Shown here one piece after another: positions 1-8,626 of a stretch of DNA of 24,000 bases (within the stretch, counting starts at the first letter, position 1; every line of letters begins with the position of its first letter). This stretch comes from Candidatus Njordibacter sp. Uisw_002 (lineage in GTDB: Bacteria > Pseudomonadota > Gammaproteobacteria > Pseudomonadales > Balneatricaceae), in NCBI RefSeq assembly GCF_047730155.1, contig NZ_CP159832.1, forward strand, positions 448,623 through 472,622, given 5' to 3'. The notes beneath the pieces were generated by a model. It ran no database searches. It was not told the DNA's origin and saw only the letters and a program-made list of their open reading frames with translations. Made by a program: the position numbers and the translations under genes.

Positions 1-716
1 TGGCAGCAGCGTTTGTTAAAGCTGGCTTTGATTGTGTGGATGTTCACATGAGCGATATTTTAGAAGGGCGTCGTGCCTTGAGTGAATTTAAAGGACTCAT
101 CGCTTGTGGTGGCTTTTCTTATGGAGACGTTTTAGGAGCCGGTGAAGGCTGGGCTAAGTCGATCTTATTTAACCCTCTAGCACGACAAGAGTTTAGTCAG
201 TTTTTCCAACGTGAAGACAGCTTTGCACTAGGTGTGTGTAATGGATGCCAAATGTTATCCAACCTACATGAATTAATACCTGGCAGTGATCATTGGCCAC
301 ATTTTGTGCGTAACCAATCAGAGCAGTTTGAAGGCAGAACTGCACTGGTTCAGGTGCAAGAAAGCGACTCTATTTTCCTACAAGGCATGGCTGGTTCACA
401 CATGCCAATCGCCATTGCCCATGGTGAAGGCCATGCAGAGTTTGCCAGTGATCAACAACGCCAAGCTTGTGAAGCCAAAGTCGCTCTTAGATTTGTAGAT
501 GGGCATGGACAGGTGACTCAAAGCTACCCAGCCAACCCCAACGGTTCGATCAACGGCATTACAGGTTTAACTGCGGCTAATGGGCGTGTGACCATTATGA
601 TGCCACATCCAGAGCGGGTCTATCGCAGCTGCACCAACTCATGGGTAGACAGTGCTTGGGGTGAGGATGGGCCTTGGATGAGGATGTTCCGTAATGCCCG
701 TGTATGGGTAGGTTAG
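1..716 (+). CDS. purL: Phosphoribosylformylglycinamidine synthase (large PurL), C-terminal glutamine amidotransferase domain; 5' end outside window
   Basis: The frame is open from nt 3 to the stop at 714-716. The translation ([20 protein letters not shown]...GVCNGCQM...HGEG...MMPHPER...[15 protein letters not shown]) is near-colinear with the E. coli PurL C-terminus, including the catalytic Cys and the His/Glu motifs. Confidence 0.95.
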   Translation, partial: AAAFVKAGFDCVDVHMSDILEGRRALSEFKGLIACGGFSYGDVLGAGEGWAKSILFNPLARQEFSQFFQREDSFALGVCNGCQMLSNLHELIPGSDHWPHFVRNQSEQFEGRTALVQVQESDSIFLQGMAGSHMPIAIAHGEGHAEFASDQQRQACEAKVALRFVDGHGQVTQSYPANPNGSINGITGLTAANGRVTIMMPHPERVYRSCTNSWVDSAWGEDGPWMRMFRNARVWVG

Positions 717-739
717 AGCTGTAAAATAGAGACATTATC

Positions 740-1378
740 ATGGCATTGCAATTTGAAATTATTCCAGTAACACCGTTTCAGCAAAACTGTAGCTTAGTGT
801 GGTGTGATGAAACCATGGAAGCCGCTTTTGTTGACCCAGGTGGTGAGTTACCGCGTTTATTAGATCACGTGGCTGCTCGTGGAGTAGTGCTTAAACAAAT
901 TTTGTTGACCCATGCTCATATCGACCATGCAGGAGCAGCAGGGCAGTTATCAGAAGATAAAGACCTGCCTATTATTGGACCCCATGAAGGGGATCAGTTT
1001 TGGATAGATGGTCTGGCTGATCAAAGTCGCATGTTTCAGTTTCCAGAAGCAAAAACATTTGTTCCCACACGTTGGTTACATCAAGATGATCAAGTATCTG
1101 TGGGCCATGAAACTTTAGATGTATTGCATTGCCCAGGACATACTCCAGGTCATGTGGTATTTCATCACCAAAGCCAAGGTTTGTTGTTTGTGGGCGATGT
1201 GTTGTTTCAAGGCTCTATCGGGCGCACAGACTTTCCTCAAGGTGATCATGCAACGCTGATTAATGCCATCAAAACCAAATTATTGGTATTAGAGGATCAT
1301 GTGGAGTTTGTTCCTGGTCATGGGCCAATGTCTACCATTGGCATGGAGCGCAGAACTAATCCTCACTTACAAGGATAA
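740..1378 (+). CDS. ycbL: MBL-fold metallo-hydrolase, YcbL/GloC-type glyoxalase II-like
   Basis: 212 aa with the THAHIDHAG metal motif, HCPGHTPGH and GDVLF..G.GRTDFP.GDH. It is colinear with E. coli YcbL along its whole length. Confidence 0.85.
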   Translation: MALQFEIIPVTPFQQNCSLVWCDETMEAAFVDPGGELPRLLDHVAARGVVLKQILLTHAHIDHAGAAGQLSEDKDLPIIGPHEGDQFWIDGLADQSRMFQFPEAKTFVPTRWLHQDDQVSVGHETLDVLHCPGHTPGHVVFHHQSQGLLFVGDVLFQGSIGRTDFPQGDHATLINAIKTKLLVLEDHVEFVPGHGPMSTIGMERRTNPHLQG

Positions 1379-1416
1379 AAGGGCATTGTAGGTGGTGTGA
1401 AAGTGCCATATTGGTT

Positions 1417-1959
1417 TTAGAAATCGATATGGTGAAGCTGCATTGCTCCATTTTTTCTATCTTCAAAAAAACGCTGTAATGTTTGCGTCACAGTGCCAAA
1501 TGCCATGTCATCCCAAGGAATATTAGCTTCCTCAAACAGCTCTACTTCTAGGCTTTCTAAGCCAGAGCCATACTGTGCAGATGTCATTTTTGCTAAATAA
1601 AAGAGATGTACCTGGTTGTAGTTTGCTAAATTACACACACTGAACAACTCATTGAGCTGCGGTGAGGCATACGCTTCTTCATAGGTTTCTCTAAGCGCTG
1701 CTTCTTGTGTGGTTTCGCCATTTTCCATAAACCCCGCAGGCAATGTCCAATAGCCTTTGCGAGGCTCTATGGCCCGTTTACATAGCAGCACTTTATCGCC
1801 AAAAGTAGGAAGGCAGCCAGCTATAATGCGTGGGTTTTCGTAAAAAATAAATTCACATGAGCTGCACACGTAGCGATGTCGATTGTCGCCTTGGGGTACA
1901 ATAAAGCTCACAAGAGCACTACAATGGCTGCAATGTTTCATGGTTTTTGTAGATCTCAT
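1417..1959 (-). CDS. NUDIX hydrolase with N-terminal zinc-ribbon
   Basis: Nudix box GFMENGETTQEAALRETYEEA. The N-terminus carries CSHC...CSSC (four Cys, zinc ribbon). The start could instead be the second Met (MKHCSHC). Confidence 0.85.
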   Translation of the reverse strand: MRSTKTMKHCSHCSALVSFIVPQGDNRHRYVCSSCEFIFYENPRIIAGCLPTFGDKVLLCKRAIEPRKGYWTLPAGFMENGETTQEAALRETYEEAYASPQLNELFSVCNLANYNQVHLFYLAKMTSAQYGSGLESLEVELFEEANIPWDDMAFGTVTQTLQRFFEDRKNGAMQLHHIDF

Positions 1960-2028
1960 ACTAAAGAAGTTGGTTTATTGTAAGATAAACCTTCGACAGT
2001 AGAAACAAAGAATTGTAGATTCAAGCCA

Positions 2029-2622
2029 ATGCGTCAGTTTATTACCCAAAAATTAGCCCAACAAACGCCTAGAATACTCACGGCAAAGTCACAAATATCA
2101 GCTGCAGTGTTGGTGGCGATCACGGACGATCATGACAATCCAGAAGTCATTTTAACGCGCAGAGCCAAACATATGCCCACTCACAAAGGGCAAATTGCTT
2201 TTCCAGGAGGCAAGGCAGAGGATGACGATAAAAGTTTGATTGCTACCGCTTTAAGAGAAGCTAGTGAAGAAGTTGCGCTTAGGCCAGAGTCAGTTGTGGT
2301 GGTTGGTCAGATGGGACAAGTGTTGTCCAGACAAGGCTTTGTAGTGACTCCAGTTGTGGGTGTGGTGCCCGCTGGCATAGTTAGTGAGCTAATACCTAAT
2401 CTAGGTGAGCTGGATCGTATATTCACAGTGCCACTTAAGTTTTTAATAGACGGCCCAAGGGTAATGGACGCCTTACCTCTGGCAAAAGGGGTGAATCAGG
2501 TGCCTAGCTTTTATTATGATGACTATAGAATTTGGGGTATGACTGCTTTTATTCTAGCTGAATTTGTCAATTTGGTTTACGATGCGCGCATTGACCTATA
2601 TTCAAAGCCAAAGGATGATTAA
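2029..2622 (+). CDS. nudL: CoA pyrophosphatase (NUDIX family, NudL-like)
   Basis: Nudix box PGGKAEDDDKSLIATALREASEEVAL, preceded by LTRRAKHMPTHKGQIAFPGG, the signature typical of CoA pyrophosphatases. Confidence 0.8.
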   Translation: MRQFITQKLAQQTPRILTAKSQISAAVLVAITDDHDNPEVILTRRAKHMPTHKGQIAFPGGKAEDDDKSLIATALREASEEVALRPESVVVVGQMGQVLSRQGFVVTPVVGVVPAGIVSELIPNLGELDRIFTVPLKFLIDGPRVMDALPLAKGVNQVPSFYYDDYRIWGMTAFILAEFVNLVYDARIDLYSKPKDD

Positions 2623-2624
2623 CA

Positions 2625-2822
2625 GTGTCCAATAAAACCATAGCCTCACCCTGCGTTAACGTATGCTACCTAGACGAAAATGATATATGTCAGGGCTGTT
2701 ATCGCTCTGGGGCAGAAATCACTGCATGGATGCGACTAGACAATGATGGACGAAAGCAGGTGCTAACCAAGGTGGCAGAGCGTGAATTAGCTAGTCCATT
2801 TGTCACTAGAGTAAAGCTTTAA
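2625..2822 (+). CDS. DUF1289 family small Cys-rich protein (YdhL-like)
   Basis: SPCVNVCYLDENDICQGCYRSGAEITAW matches the DUF1289 SPC..C.LD....C.GC.R...EI..W pattern. GTG start lies 3 nt after the nudL stop. Confidence 0.75.
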   Translation: MSNKTIASPCVNVCYLDENDICQGCYRSGAEITAWMRLDNDGRKQVLTKVAERELASPFVTRVKL

Positions 2823-4159
2823 TGTACTTCGTCTACAGAAAGTTGAATTCTGCGTAAACGCACAGTTTTAATGAAATTATCCCTTATTTGTAAGGTTTCC
2901 AAATGATATTCACCCATTTTCAAACATACATTAAACTGAGGGATTTCTTCTAAGGTTTCTGTCATTAAACCATTGAGTGTTTTTGGCCCATCAATGGGCA
3001 AACTCCATGCCAGCGCTTTGTTAATGTCACGCACCGTAGTGGTGCCATCAATAAAGAAAGAACCGTCTTCTTGTGGGTGTATGTCCTCGTTCTCATGGTC
3101 TTGTTCTTCGGCCATATCACCAACAATTTCTTCTAAAATATCTTCCAAAGTTGTTAGGCCCTGAATATCCCCATATTCATCCACTACTAATGCCATCCAG
3201 TGCTTACGCTTTTGAAAATTTAGAAGCTGAGTGTTTAAGGGCGTGCTTTCAGGCACAAAGTAAGGCTCCCTAGTAAGGGCTAAAAACTCTTCCTTAGTTG
3301 GGTTTTTAGCATGTATCAGAGGCAAGATTTGCCTCACATGAACAATGCCCACTACATTATTTAGCTCTTCTTGGTACAAAGGTATTCGTGTATGCGGGCT
3401 TTGACTAATAGTATTTAAAATAGTGTGAATATCTTCATCGACGTCAATGCCGACAATCTCATTACGAGGGATCATAATGTCTTCTACAGTGACTGTATCT
3501 AGGTCTAAAATACTCAGTAACATAGATTGATTACGACGAGGAATAAGTGCGCCTGCTTCGTGCACTATCGTGCGTAGTTCTTCAGAGCTTAAGTGATCAC
3601 TTACTTTTGCGGCAGCATTGAACCCAAGTATGCGCAACAAGCCATTACAAATGGTGTTCACTACCCATACAAATGGATACAGTATTTTAAGCAACGGAGA
3701 CAGTATAAATGAAGCCGGAAAAGCCACTTGCTCTGGCTTAATAGCAGCCACTGTTTTTGGTGTCACTTCTGCAAAAATGAGTATGACCATCGTCAGCACA
3801 GCTGTAGCTACAGCAACACCCGCATCGCCCATCGTGCGCAACGCAATCATAGTGGCAATAGCAGACGCTAATATGTTTACAAAATTGTTGCCAATAAGAA
3901 TAACGCCAATAAGACGATCGGGGCTATCTAACAGTTTACTAGCGCGCATGGCACCGCGGTGTTTTTGTTTCACTAGGTGGCGCAGGCGATAGCGATTTAA
4001 AGACATCATGCCAGTTTCTGCGCTAGAGAAAAATGCAGATAATAAAATAAGAAATGCCAAGCTAGTAAATAAATAGCTTAAAGGAATGTCGCTCAAGGCG
4101 GATGTAACCTCATGTAAGTTATGGGCCTCAATTCTTATGCTTGAGGGGCCCCCTGTCAA
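2819..4159 (-). CDS. yfjD: CNNM/HlyC-CorC family transporter (DUF21 + CBS pair + CorC_HlyC)
   Basis: Colinear with E. coli YfjD (SAETGMMSLNRYRLRHL..., LIGNNFVNILAS, EELRTIVHE, VVDEYGDIQGLTTLEDILEEIVGD). Synteny yfjD-ypjD divergent from ffh matches E. coli. The N-terminus is about 20 aa longer than E. coli, so the start is uncertain. Confidence 0.9.
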   Translation of the reverse strand: MTGGPSSIRIEAHNLHEVTSALSDIPLSYLFTSLAFLILLSAFFSSAETGMMSLNRYRLRHLVKQKHRGAMRASKLLDSPDRLIGVILIGNNFVNILASAIATMIALRTMGDAGVAVATAVLTMVILIFAEVTPKTVAAIKPEQVAFPASFILSPLLKILYPFVWVVNTICNGLLRILGFNAAAKVSDHLSSEELRTIVHEAGALIPRRNQSMLLSILDLDTVTVEDIMIPRNEIVGIDVDEDIHTILNTISQSPHTRIPLYQEELNNVVGIVHVRQILPLIHAKNPTKEEFLALTREPYFVPESTPLNTQLLNFQKRKHWMALVVDEYGDIQGLTTLEDILEEIVGDMAEEQDHENEDIHPQEDGSFFIDGTTTVRDINKALAWSLPIDGPKTLNGLMTETLEEIPQFNVCLKMGEYHLETLQIRDNFIKTVRLRRIQLSVDEVH

Positions 4160-4171
4160 GTCTTGTGAGGC

Positions 4172-4981
4172 TTATAACAGCACTTCTAGAACTAATTTAG
4201 TGCCAAAAAAGGCCACAACAAGGGTGGCAAAACCCCATAAAGTCCACCGAATAGCCGTGCGGCCGCGCCAGCCCAAACGGTAATGGCCTAATAAAAGAAT
4301 AGAAAAAATAACCCAAGCCACCAAACTTAAGATGGTTTTATGAACAACATGTTGAGCCCATAGATCATCTAAAAATAAGAATCCAGTGAGTAATGCGATG
4401 CTCAATAAAATTTGCCCAGCAGCAAGCACATCAAATAAAAGACTTTCCATGGTTTGAAGAGGCGGCAAGTTTGCCACCAAGGCAGATGAACCATGATTTT
4501 TTAAGTACCGGTTTTGGTAAATAAGTAATACAGCCTGACATGCTGCAACGGCAAACAGTGCGTAACTCAAAATAGATGTGATGATATGTAGTAAAATGCC
4601 AGAAGAAAAGTGTCGACCTTCAACGCTGGACACGCTAACGATGTCTACCGCTATGGCTAAAGCTGCAATCGGTGCAGTAAATACCAAAAGGCTAGACACG
4701 GGTTTGCGTAAACTACTGATCATAATGATGCCAATAACAGCCCATGCAGTTAAAGACAGGGCAGCACCTATGTCCAACAAAAGGCCTGCTTTAGTAAATA
4801 AATGAAGGTATAAATACAAACCTTGCAGTACCCATGCAACTAAGCCAAGCGTGTATGCACTTTTTAATACTGGCACAGATGTGGGATTATTTTGAGTCCA
4901 AGCGCTCAGAATGTAGAAAAGTATTGCGCTAAGGCCAATTATTAACGAGATCATGGAAGTCTTTTGTTTGGGATGTGTCAC
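4172..4981 (-). CDS. ypjD: Inner-membrane cytochrome c assembly-family protein (YpjD-like)
   Basis: 269-aa polytopic membrane protein. Its C-terminal part (HKTILSLVAWVIFSILLLGHYRLGWRGR) matches E. coli YpjD, and it is divergent from ffh as in E. coli. Confidence 0.8.
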   Translation of the reverse strand: MTHPKQKTSMISLIIGLSAILFYILSAWTQNNPTSVPVLKSAYTLGLVAWVLQGLYLYLHLFTKAGLLLDIGAALSLTAWAVIGIIMISSLRKPVSSLLVFTAPIAALAIAVDIVSVSSVEGRHFSSGILLHIITSILSYALFAVAACQAVLLIYQNRYLKNHGSSALVANLPPLQTMESLLFDVLAAGQILLSIALLTGFLFLDDLWAQHVVHKTILSLVAWVIFSILLLGHYRLGWRGRTAIRWTLWGFATLVVAFFGTKLVLEVLL

Positions 4982-5104
4982 CCATCATAATCAAGCTTTG
5001 CAGCTGTGCCTAGACTTGATGTTAAAAAAATCTAAAACTAAGCGCCAAAATGAGTCAGCGAGGGTATACTAGGTGCCATAATTTGGGGTAATACAGAGAC
5101 TTTT

Positions 5105-6559
5105 ATGTTTGATAATCTAACTGACCGCTTAGGCAAAACGTTACAGCACATCCGTGGGCAAGCACGCCTGACTGAAGACAATGTTAAAGGTACCTTGCGT
5201 GAAGTGCGCATGGCTTTATTAGAAGCCGACGTTGCCTTGCCTGTGGTTAAGTCGTTTATTGAACAAGTAAAAACTCGTGCCGTAGGTACAGAAGTTAGCC
5301 GTAGCCTAAGCCCAGGCCAAGTGTTTGTAAAAATCGTCCAGCAAGAGCTGGAATCTATCATGGGCAGCGCCAATGAAGACCTTAACTTGGCCGTGCAACC
5401 CCCCGCAGTTATTCTTATGGCGGGCCTTCAGGGTGCAGGTAAAACCACTTCAGCTGCTAAATTAGCCAAATTTTTAATCGAAAAGAAGAAAAAATCCGTC
5501 ATGCTGGTGAGCGTTGACGTTTATCGTCCAGCAGCCATTAAACAGTTACAGATGCTCAGCGAAGAAGTGGGTGCCCACTTCTTTCCTAGCACGGTTATGG
5601 AACAGCCGGTTGATATTGCCGAAAAGGCCATTAGCCATGCGCGCCAACAGCATTATGATGTAGTTATTGTGGATACTGCAGGTCGGCTAGCAGTAGATAC
5701 ACAAATGATGGCTGAAATTAAAGCTTTGCATGCAAGGGTAGAGCCTGTTGAGACACTCTTTGTAGTGGATGCCATGACAGGCCAAGATGCTGCTGTTACA
5801 GCCAAAGCTTTTAATGAAGCATTGCCTTTAACAGGTGTTGTGTTAAGTAAAACTGATGGTGATTCTCGTGGAGGTGCAGCCCTATCTGTGCGCCATATTA
5901 CGGGTAAACCGATTAAGTTTTTAGGTGTTGGTGAAAAGGTTGATGCGTTAGAACCATTTCATCCAGATCGAGTGGCATCGCGTATTTTGGGCATGGGTGA
6001 TGTACTTTCCCTGATCGAAGAAGTAGAGCAAAAAGTTGATAAAGTTAAAGCTGAAAAACTTGCTAAGAAAATCAAAAAAGGTAAGGGTTTTGATTTAGAA
6101 GACTTTCGTGACCAACTTCAGCAAATGAAAAACATGGGTGGTATGGCCGGAATGCTGGACAAAATGCCAGGTATGGGCGGTATGGCCCAAGCGGCATCCA
6201 GTGCTGGCGCTGAAAAGAATTTTGATCAAATGGAGTCGATCATTAATTCCATGACTCCCAAAGAGCGGACGCTACCTGATACTCTCAATGGCTCGCGTAA
6301 AAGGCGTATTGCCGCAGGTTCGGGCACCCAGATTCAAGACATTAACCGCTTAATTAAGCAGCATAAGCAAATGGCCAAAATGATGAAGAAAATGTCTGGT
6401 AAAGGCGGTATGCAAAAAATGATGCGTGGGCTTCAAGGACAACTGCCACCAGGCATGGGTGGAGGCGCTGGCCCAGGAGCTATGCCTGGCGGAATGCCTC
6501 CAGGAATGCCAGGTGGCTTGCCTGGATTGGGTGGCGGTTTTCCATTTGGTAAGAAATAA
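5105..6559 (+). CDS. ffh: Signal recognition particle protein Ffh
   Basis: MFDNLTDRL start, GTPase motifs GLQGAGKTT, DTAGR and TKTDGD-like SKTDGDSRGGAALS, and a Met-rich M domain. It carries an unusual Gly/Pro/Met-rich C-terminal tail. Confidence 0.97.
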   Translation: MFDNLTDRLGKTLQHIRGQARLTEDNVKGTLREVRMALLEADVALPVVKSFIEQVKTRAVGTEVSRSLSPGQVFVKIVQQELESIMGSANEDLNLAVQPPAVILMAGLQGAGKTTSAAKLAKFLIEKKKKSVMLVSVDVYRPAAIKQLQMLSEEVGAHFFPSTVMEQPVDIAEKAISHARQQHYDVVIVDTAGRLAVDTQMMAEIKALHARVEPVETLFVVDAMTGQDAAVTAKAFNEALPLTGVVLSKTDGDSRGGAALSVRHITGKPIKFLGVGEKVDALEPFHPDRVASRILGMGDVLSLIEEVEQKVDKVKAEKLAKKIKKGKGFDLEDFRDQLQQMKNMGGMAGMLDKMPGMGGMAQAASSAGAEKNFDQMESIINSMTPKERTLPDTLNGSRKRRIAAGSGTQIQDINRLIKQHKQMAKMMKKMSGKGGMQKMMRGLQGQLPPGMGGGAGPGAMPGGMPPGMPGGLPGLGGGFPFGKK

Positions 6560-6581
6560 TACCAGCAAAGATAAGATTCAA

Positions 6582-6636
6582 TATAATTTACCTTTAGGCT
6601 TTTATTTTTCAAAAGGTTAGGGTAATATACGCGCTC
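6582..6636 (+). promoter_or_regulatory. Candidate promoter(s) of the tRNA-Ser/tRNA-Arg operon
   Basis: TATAAT lies at 6582-6587. A second -10-like TAATAT lies at 6623-6628 and is followed by a GC-rich discriminator (ACGCGCTC) just upstream of the tRNA 5' end (6642), as in stable-RNA promoters. The -35 elements are weak for both. Confidence 0.3.
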
Positions 6637-6641
6637 TCTGC

Positions 6642-6733
<92 letters not shown>

Positions 6734-6739
6734 TTTTGA

Positions 6740-6816
6740 GCGCCCGTAGCTCAGCTGGATAGAGTACTCGGCTACGAACCGAGCGGTCAGAGGTTCGAAT
6801 CCTCTCGGGCGCGCCA
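6740..6816 (+). tRNA. argV: tRNA-Arg (anticodon ACG), CCA encoded
   Basis: Acceptor GCGCCCG/CGGGCGC, anticodon stem CTCGG/CCGAG with loop CTACGAA, T arm AGAGG-TTCGAAT-CCTCT. It is nearly identical to E. coli argV outside the acceptor stem, and the Ser(GCU)-Arg(ACG) order mirrors the E. coli serV-argV operon. Confidence 0.95.
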
Positions 6817-6830
6817 TTTTTTAAGGCGCT

Positions 6831-6864
6831 GTTTTATAAATAATTTTTCGTTATTTTATAAAAC
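6831..6864 (+). terminator. AT-rich hairpin downstream of tRNA-Arg (possible operon terminator)
   Basis: GTTTTATAAATAA (6831-6843) pairs with TTATTTTATAAAAC (6851-6864) with a 1-nt bulge. The stem is AT-only, so it is not a canonical intrinsic terminator. Confidence 0.35.
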
Positions 6865-7150
6865 GTAACTGTCAGTTATGCTGTCATGTTTACTTCTTTT
6901 TCTCTAATATCCTATTGGCGTCCTAGTTGACTCTACAGTTAACTAATTCAACCTACTATAGCTCTTTATCATCCCTCCTATCACACTACCCAATGGCCTG
7001 CGCAGTGGCTGTGGTTTCAGGTAGGGCATCCGCAGGGGTAGACTGTCCTTTTTTAAGATGGAACAGGATTTAGTCAATGACCTGATTATCCGCGATACAG
7101 GCGATGAGCTCTCCGAAACCCCACAGTGAGTGCAGGCCTAGATATCAGCA

Positions 7151-7675
7151 TCAGTAAGTAATTGTGATGCTGAGCTGGTCAGTGTAAACCCCCTGGGCCA
7201 CTAGCTGCGCTGGTGGGACGCTACCATAGGCGGTAAGGGTTTGAGAGACGCCAGTTCCGGTAAGCGCCACACCTGTGGGGTCGGTATTTCCCCATACCGT
7301 GCCGCGAGCCACATCTGAATAAACTTGATAGACTAGGTACTTGCCTGCTCCAGCAGTCATTCGGCGAACTGGCGCTTCAGCTGAACCAGATCCTGCGGAG
7401 GCACCAGCACTCATGGTGATCAGGGCCGCTGCACCTGAGGTGCAGGTCGAAACTACCGTGGCCTTGGCTTCAAGGGCGGTCGATGCGTTACCATCATAGG
7501 TTCCAAACGCCATTGGATTAGAGTCTATGGAGCAGGAATGCGCAACCGATACGCTAACGTTCAAGGTTGAAGTAGCCGTGCCAGCGTAGGTATAGACGCT
7601 AAGAGCAGTGGAGCCGAGTGCCATGGCCGACATGATAACGAGTTTAAGAGTGCTTTGATTGAATTTCGTTTTCAT
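7151..7675 (-). CDS. Spore coat protein U (SCPU) domain pilin, second paralog
   Basis: 174 aa with signal peptide MKTKFNQSTLKLVIMSAMALGSTALSVYTYA, conserved Cys pair, WG motif (VWGNT), and C-terminal ...LSITITY. It is a paralog of the 11725-12258 pilin. Confidence 0.8.
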   Translation of the reverse strand: MKTKFNQSTLKLVIMSAMALGSTALSVYTYAGTATSTLNVSVSVAHSCSIDSNPMAFGTYDGNASTALEAKATVVSTCTSGAAALITMSAGASAGSGSAEAPVRRMTAGAGKYLVYQVYSDVARGTVWGNTDPTGVALTGTGVSQTLTAYGSVPPAQLVAQGVYTDQLSITITY

Positions 7676-8098
7676 ACTTTGTTCCTTTTGTTAAAAAGGG
7701 CCGTTTTTTGAAAGATGATATCTAGTACCTTCCTCATCGAACGGGTCTGAGCCGACGCGAAGCCGTTAATAAACTCAAATATACTGCCAACAATGCTACA
7801 CAGAAAAAGCGAGAAAAACAAAAGCGGCTTGAGAATGAAATAAGAATAAGATAAACGAAGAGTTTGAGTTTGATATTTACCCGTTAAATGCCCGTTACAA
7901 CCCCACACGTGTGATAGATATAAAGGTGTGCTATGCGATTAAGGACAACACATTTGATTTAATCGGCTTAGGATACTCTATTGGCTCTAGAATAGAGCAT
8001 TGATTCTAGCTAGGCCACCAACCTGCCGCTGTTCGCCTCTGTGGTGACTAGAAGGTGTTGCCCGCTTCCCACGCAGATACTTTCGCCTAGATACTTCG

Positions 8099-8626
8099 TC
8101 AAAAATTTATCATTATAGCGATGGTGTCGCTGTAGCTGCCCGGGTGGAGGTTCTGGAGGGCGGGGATGCGGCCGTATACCCCGTGATTTACGCTCACACC
8201 AATACCGGTACCATTTACTCTAGCGGTGCCACTGGTGGCATCGCCCCAAACGACGGCGTGGTCAGCGGTGGTGTAAAGATTGTAGTTGAACCTGTGGGCG
8301 CCGCTGCCCATGACACGCTGCGTATGGGTCCCGCCGCCCGCGGTGAGGGCCATGGAATACCCGACGCCGCTAGGGCAGTTCACGTCAATGTTGCCGGTGC
8401 TATCAAGCGGTGTATTGCTGAACACATCATAACTTCCGAAGTTCACCCCTGTAACGTTAAAGGTACATGCATGACCCTGCTGCGCTGTTAGCGCAAAGGC
8501 TAATGCGACCAGCCAAGGCACCAAAACATTACGTTTGCAGGTGCCCGCAAGGGTACTTGCCGCTGCAGAACGAGCTGGTTGAAAAGTTCGGCAGGCGCTG
8601 GATTTTAGGCTTATACATACTCTCAT
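8099..8626 (-). CDS. SCPU domain fimbrial subunit (post-usher subunit)
   Basis: Single SCPU-type domain: ACTFNVTGVNFGSYDV...NCPSG...YNLYTTADHAVVWGD...PGSYSDTIAIMINF. Its ATG overlaps the usher TGA (ATGA). The 30-aa region before the hydrophobic signal core is unusually long, so the start is somewhat uncertain. Confidence 0.8.
   Translation of the reverse strand: MRVCISLKSSACRTFQPARSAAASTLAGTCKRNVLVPWLVALAFALTAQQGHACTFNVTGVNFGSYDVFSNTPLDSTGNIDVNCPSGVGYSMALTAGGGTHTQRVMGSGAHRFNYNLYTTADHAVVWGDATSGTARVNGTGIGVSVNHGVYGRIPALQNLHPGSYSDTIAIMINF

Noticed and set aside
7063-7135. Short ORF MEQDLVNDLIIRDTGDELSETPQ in the GC-rich stretch between tRNA-Arg and the pilin stop, considered as a transposase or integrase remnant at the island edge.
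   Set aside because: It is only 23 codons with no recognisable motif in any frame on either strand. It is possibly a gene scar but unsupported.
7672-7908. 78-aa minus-strand ORF upstream of and overlapping the second pilin start.
   Set aside because: It has a GTG start, no RBS, and lies in AT-rich promoter-like DNA. It overlaps the pilin ATG out of frame and its translation looks like hydrophobic noise.
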